Source: an uncultured bacterium (GTDB taxonomy: Bacteria; Babelota; Babeliae; Babelales; Babelaceae). From it: a DNA stretch of 64,000 bases. Shown piece by piece: positions 60,405 through 64,000 of the stretch (its first letter is position 1; every line of letters starts with the position of its first letter). The notes below the pieces were generated by a model. The model had not been told where the DNA came from. It searched no databases and was given only the letters and a program-made list of their open reading frames with translations. The position numbers and the translations under genes were made by a program. The stretch covers positions 672,001-736,000 of the forward strand of contig CAWFXL010000001.1 of NCBI GenBank assembly GCA_963819815.1, read 5' to 3'.

Positions 60405-60645
60405 AGCACCAAATCTCCATCAGATTTTTTAGTCTGCCAATAGCACCCATCTCTGATATAAAAGTGCCGACTAAAAGTTCGTTTCAACAGATTTAACTTT
60501 TTTTGTTCGCCTAGATCAATCCAAGCTAATAATCATACTATATGAACTTGTCAGATTTGTCCAAATAAGGTATACTAAGTTCGGTCGAAAAAGGAGAGAC
60601 CAAGCAGATCATTTCCCATATCTTACAAGCTTGTGAAGGGGCTTC

Positions 60646-61479
60646 ATGACATACCTAACGGCAATGCTCGCCCATGTTGCGCGCACATTACCCTACCGCG
60701 ATATTATAGAAGTACTTTTTTTTGCCGGAGCAATTTATTATATACAACTGTGGCTGAAGAAGGACAGCCAGCGCAATCTTCTTTTAGGATTCTATATTTA
60801 TTGTGCACTCTTTTGTGCCTCATACTATGCAGATCTTCCAGTTCTACGTTTTATTTTATTTATATTTGCACCCGCAATAGCGATGCTCTTCATTATTTTG
60901 CATCAAGAAACATTGCAAAAGAATTTTATTACTCTCTCAAATCCTGCAATCCCTCTTAAGGACCAAAGTACCTGGATTGATGAGCTCATCAAATGTACTC
61001 TCACGGCTCTTAATAAGCATAAAGATATTATTGTCGTTCTTGAACGGAATGATCCTCTTAAAAACCTTATTCATGCGCCCTATTTTATTTATGCTGAACT
61101 TAAGAAGGATGTCTTTGAGATTCTTCTTGAGAAGCAGGCGGCAGGAAACGATTATATGATCTGGATAAATCAACAGGGAAAGATTGTTTCCATTAACTCA
61201 TGTTGGAAGACACAGCTTGATGAAGATTGGATTTCGCAAGATGCAGAACATATGCATGTCTGGAAACAGCAGGCACTCTACTTTAGCAGTAAAACTGACG
61301 CTCTTGCGCTTAAGATCAATCCTGTTTCACGAAGCTTTGACGTTGTTTCACAAGGTCGCATAGTGGAAGGAATGACCGCAGATGCGGTGACTACCTACCT
61401 CAAAAAACAGCTTCTTCAAGGCTCACGAAAAGAAAAAGTAGCCATAGTTCAACCTCAAGCATCACAAAAATCAGCTTAA
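60646..61479 (+). CDS. CdaA/DacA-like membrane protein with degenerate diadenylate cyclase domain
   Basis: 3 N-terminal TMs, IILHQETL, IDELIK, IIVVLER, SSKTDA align by eye with CdaA; DGA is DYM and RHR is WKQ. Confidence 0.72.
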   Translation: MTYLTAMLAHVARTLPYRDIIEVLFFAGAIYYIQLWLKKDSQRNLLLGFYIYCALFCASYYADLPVLRFILFIFAPAIAMLFIILHQETLQKNFITLSNPAIPLKDQSTWIDELIKCTLTALNKHKDIIVVLERNDPLKNLIHAPYFIYAELKKDVFEILLEKQAAGNDYMIWINQQGKIVSINSCWKTQLDEDWISQDAEHMHVWKQQALYFSSKTDALALKINPVSRSFDVVSQGRIVEGMTADAVTTYLKKQLLQGSRKEKVAIVQPQASQKSA

Positions 61480-61494
61480 CAACCTATGCACAAG

Positions 61495-61528
61495 ATCGCC
61501 GGCTCATATGCTGGCGATCTTGTATATG
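61495..61528 (+). terminator. Hairpin after the CdaA-like gene
   Basis: ACAAGATCGCCGGC-TCATAT-GCTGGCGATCTTGT. Confidence 0.6.
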
Positions 61529-61935
61529 TGCTATCTTGTTTATCCACACGCAATGCTACCGGACGTGATTTTACACTCATACATAGCACGACGAAAAAGT
61601 TAAGAAGCATGCTCTCCTTATATAAGAAACTTGGGCCGCCGCTGAGAACCACCCATTCATTCAAACAAACTATTAAAAAATTCATGGACGAATAGAGAGT
61701 CTTCTATTTTTCTGCATGTCGATGGACATGCATCTTCGATTAAACCCATCTATTACCGGGCAAGAATCGTTTGATAGCCTGTTTCTATGCTTTTTATAGG
61801 CATTGGCAGTAAAGATCAGGGTCTAGGAAAAAAATTAATGTAGATATAGTATTAGTAGCCTAGGTATCGTAAACCCGCTTGACTACGAGAGCAAGAATAT
61901 CTTTAAGAAGTTAAGCCAATGAAGGAACTATTATT

Positions 61936-63084
61936 ATGAAAAATCTATTTATTTTTTGTGGACTACAGCTCTTAATAATACCATGTGAGGCTGCAGAGTC
62001 ATCATGCCTAGCAAAACCTCGATCTGAAGAGACTACGGCACAAGACACCAAACTAGAATCCCTCTTTAAAGTAATCCGATTCGGCAACATGTCTGAAGAT
62101 GATCTTTTGAACAAGGTTGATGAATTACTTAGCCAGGGCTGCGACGTGAACCAAGTAGGCTATCTAGACAGAACCCTGCTCATGTTTGCAGCTGCGCGAG
62201 ACTATAGAGCTGTAGTACAGAAGCTAATAGATGCAGGTGCCGATCTGAAAATTCGGGACAAGGGCGGTATGAATGCGCTTATGTTTGGCGCCTATCAAGG
62301 GCATGCGGAAATATGTACGCTTCTTATTGGACATATGGGGAGAATCAGTATCGATGCTCCTGATAATAGCGAGACAACCGCCCTCATGTATGCTGCACGT
62401 AGCGGTAGTAAAGCTACCATTTCTCTGCTGTTACAGCATGGAGCTCAGACCAATGCGCGAAACAAATCAGGTTCAACTCCCCTTATGCAAGCCTGTGGTG
62501 CCTCGTTTCCGTCTGTTGAGGTGTCCTGGCGTTCATCTTCGCAAAAAGGGAAAATTAAAACCTTGGCTGAGGCGCGTACTGCTGGCATAGATGCCTGTAC
62601 AGAACTTCTGCAAAGCGGAGCCGACATGGGTGCTGTTGATGCAAGTGGCAGGTCAGCACTTTTTTATGCTGCGTTAAATTTGCGAGAAGATGTATGCAAA
62701 CTATTGTTGAGTCGAGGAGCTACAAGTATACGAATTGTTGAACCAGACAACTTACTCTACGTCAACGATCTTATGTCAGCAGCTCTTTTAGGTAATGAAA
62801 CTTGCTTAAAGGTATTGCTCGATGCTGGCGTACCCGTAAATGCCAAAAATGATCACGGCGAAACAGCTCTTCTTAAAGCGGCTTCTCGGGGTCATCTACC
62901 CTGCATTTCTTGCTTGCTCACTGCCAAAGCAGATATAGAGCTATGCGATGATACCGGTCTTACACCATTATATGCGGCTGCACAAGAAGATCAAAAACAA
63001 GCTGTTGCCACTCTGCTTAAAGCGGGCGCTCGGCGAACTCTTGATCCTCGCTTTCAACATATCAATAGCAGATTTTCATGGTAA
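61936..63084 (+). CDS. Exported ankyrin-repeat protein
   Basis: Signal peptide ending CEAA; repeated TALMYAA..G / TPL..A / GA.VN motifs. Confidence 0.92.
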   Translation: MKNLFIFCGLQLLIIPCEAAESSCLAKPRSEETTAQDTKLESLFKVIRFGNMSEDDLLNKVDELLSQGCDVNQVGYLDRTLLMFAAARDYRAVVQKLIDAGADLKIRDKGGMNALMFGAYQGHAEICTLLIGHMGRISIDAPDNSETTALMYAARSGSKATISLLLQHGAQTNARNKSGSTPLMQACGASFPSVEVSWRSSSQKGKIKTLAEARTAGIDACTELLQSGADMGAVDASGRSALFYAALNLREDVCKLLLSRGATSIRIVEPDNLLYVNDLMSAALLGNETCLKVLLDAGVPVNAKNDHGETALLKAASRGHLPCISCLLTAKADIELCDDTGLTPLYAAAQEDQKQAVATLLKAGARRTLDPRFQHINSRFSW

Positions 63085-63203
63085 AGAAGCTTACGGCTAT
63101 ATTACACGATGCTGTCGTGCGATGATTATTGAAACTTCTCGACCCGAAACAAGGGTAAATCTCGCACAAGCTAATCCAATTTAAAAAATCTTATGGGGTT
63201 ATT

Positions 63204-64000
63204 ATGAAAAATCTGATTATTCTTTGTGGGCTCTCACTAGGATGCGGGATGCCGTGCGAGGCTGCAAAGCCACCATGCATAACAAAATCTCAACATAGAT
63301 TCATAGACGACGAAACACAGACAGCAAAATTTAACTCATTTGCCATAGCCCTCTATCGGGACACTAAACCTGAAGATGAGCTTTTAAAAAAGGCTCGTGA
63401 ATTACTTAGCCAGGGAGTCGATGTCAACAAAAAACATCATTCCTTAACCTTACTCATGCTCGCGGTTGCGAAAGGATATGGAGCTTTAGTACAGGTGCTG
63501 TTAGATGCAGGTGCTGATCTGAGCATGCGCAGTTCAACTGGTATGACGGCACTCATGATTGGTGCTTATCAACAAGAAGCAGAAATGTGTAGGCTGCTTA
63601 TACAACACATGGAGAAAAAGCGACAGTACGGTACCATTGCCCGTGCTCTTATAGAGCGCATGGGCTCTTGTGATATTAAAGGAGCCTTACCAGGTGCTCA
63701 CAGGCTCTGATCAAGAAGGTATCGATGCTACTGATGATACTGGAATGACCGCTTTAATGTATGCAGCTCATAATGGAGACAAAGCTACTACTGCTCTACT
63801 TCTCCAGCATGGCGCACAGGTTAATGCTCGAAACAAGTTTGGTATAACTCCTCTTATGCTATCCTGCGGGGCCCCCATACCACGAGCAGTACGAGACTTT
63901 GTTGAAATTATTACTCTCAGCATAGATGCCTGTGTAGAGCTTCTTCAAAATGATGCCGACATTATGCTTCGTGACCAGAATGGAAAATCAGCGCTTACGT
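63204..64000 (+). CDS. Second exported ankyrin-repeat paralog; frameshift near 63700; runs off the window
   Basis: Leader homologous to 61936; after the shift IDATDDTGMTALMYAAHNG...GAQVNARNKFGITPL is colinear with the first paralog. Confidence 0.85.

Noticed and set aside
61539..61548. DnaA box TTATCCACA suggesting oriC (another lies inside khpA at ~47138)
   Set aside because: Isolated single boxes, with no cluster and no dnaA/dnaN/gidA context
76..63184. Numerous short antisense or overlapping ORFs in the six-frame track (e.g. 7156-7503, 11928-12353, 19832-20278, 24545-24949, 40001-40405)
   Set aside because: Shadows of well-supported genes on the other strand or frame, with no motifs or RBS
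1..64000. tRNA, rRNA, tmRNA, SRP RNA, riboswitches, IS or prophage genes
   Set aside because: None recognised by eye in intergenic regions or ORFs. An Infernal/tRNAscan search would be needed to exclude divergent RNAs

Overview
Bacterial chromosomal window, most consistent with Candidatus Dependentiae/Babelota (TM6; intracellular parasites of protists). This is inferred from the many Sec-signal-peptide hypothetical proteins, the exported ankyrin proteins, a long Sel1-like repeat protein and the absence of rpmD. The core is the minus-strand str-S10-spc-alpha ribosomal superoperon (rpsL to rplQ, ~9.9-29.3 kb). Its rplP-rpsL part (~20.5-28.9 kb) is broken by many indels that are most likely assembly/consensus errors. 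Other housekeeping genes are rseP, rplM, pepP, recR, yidC, murC, rplS, a trmD-SPOUT fusion, khpA, rpsP, ffh, hflX, uvrD/pcrA and trpS. Accessory patches hold a polar amino-acid ABC transporter, two AAA+ ATPase/PD-(D/E)xK-type proteins with operator-like repeats over their promoters, a mosaic triplet of exported paralogs, two Cys-rich beta-helix paralogs with conserved flanks, an interrupted orphan HicB and a catalytically degenerate CdaA-like protein. The most striking observation is an apparently exported thioredoxin system: a TrxB whose promoter, RBS and signal peptide are homologous to those of a nearby secreted-protein gene, plus a signal-peptide-bearing WCGPC thioredoxin. No rRNA, tRNA, CRISPR array or transposase was recognised.
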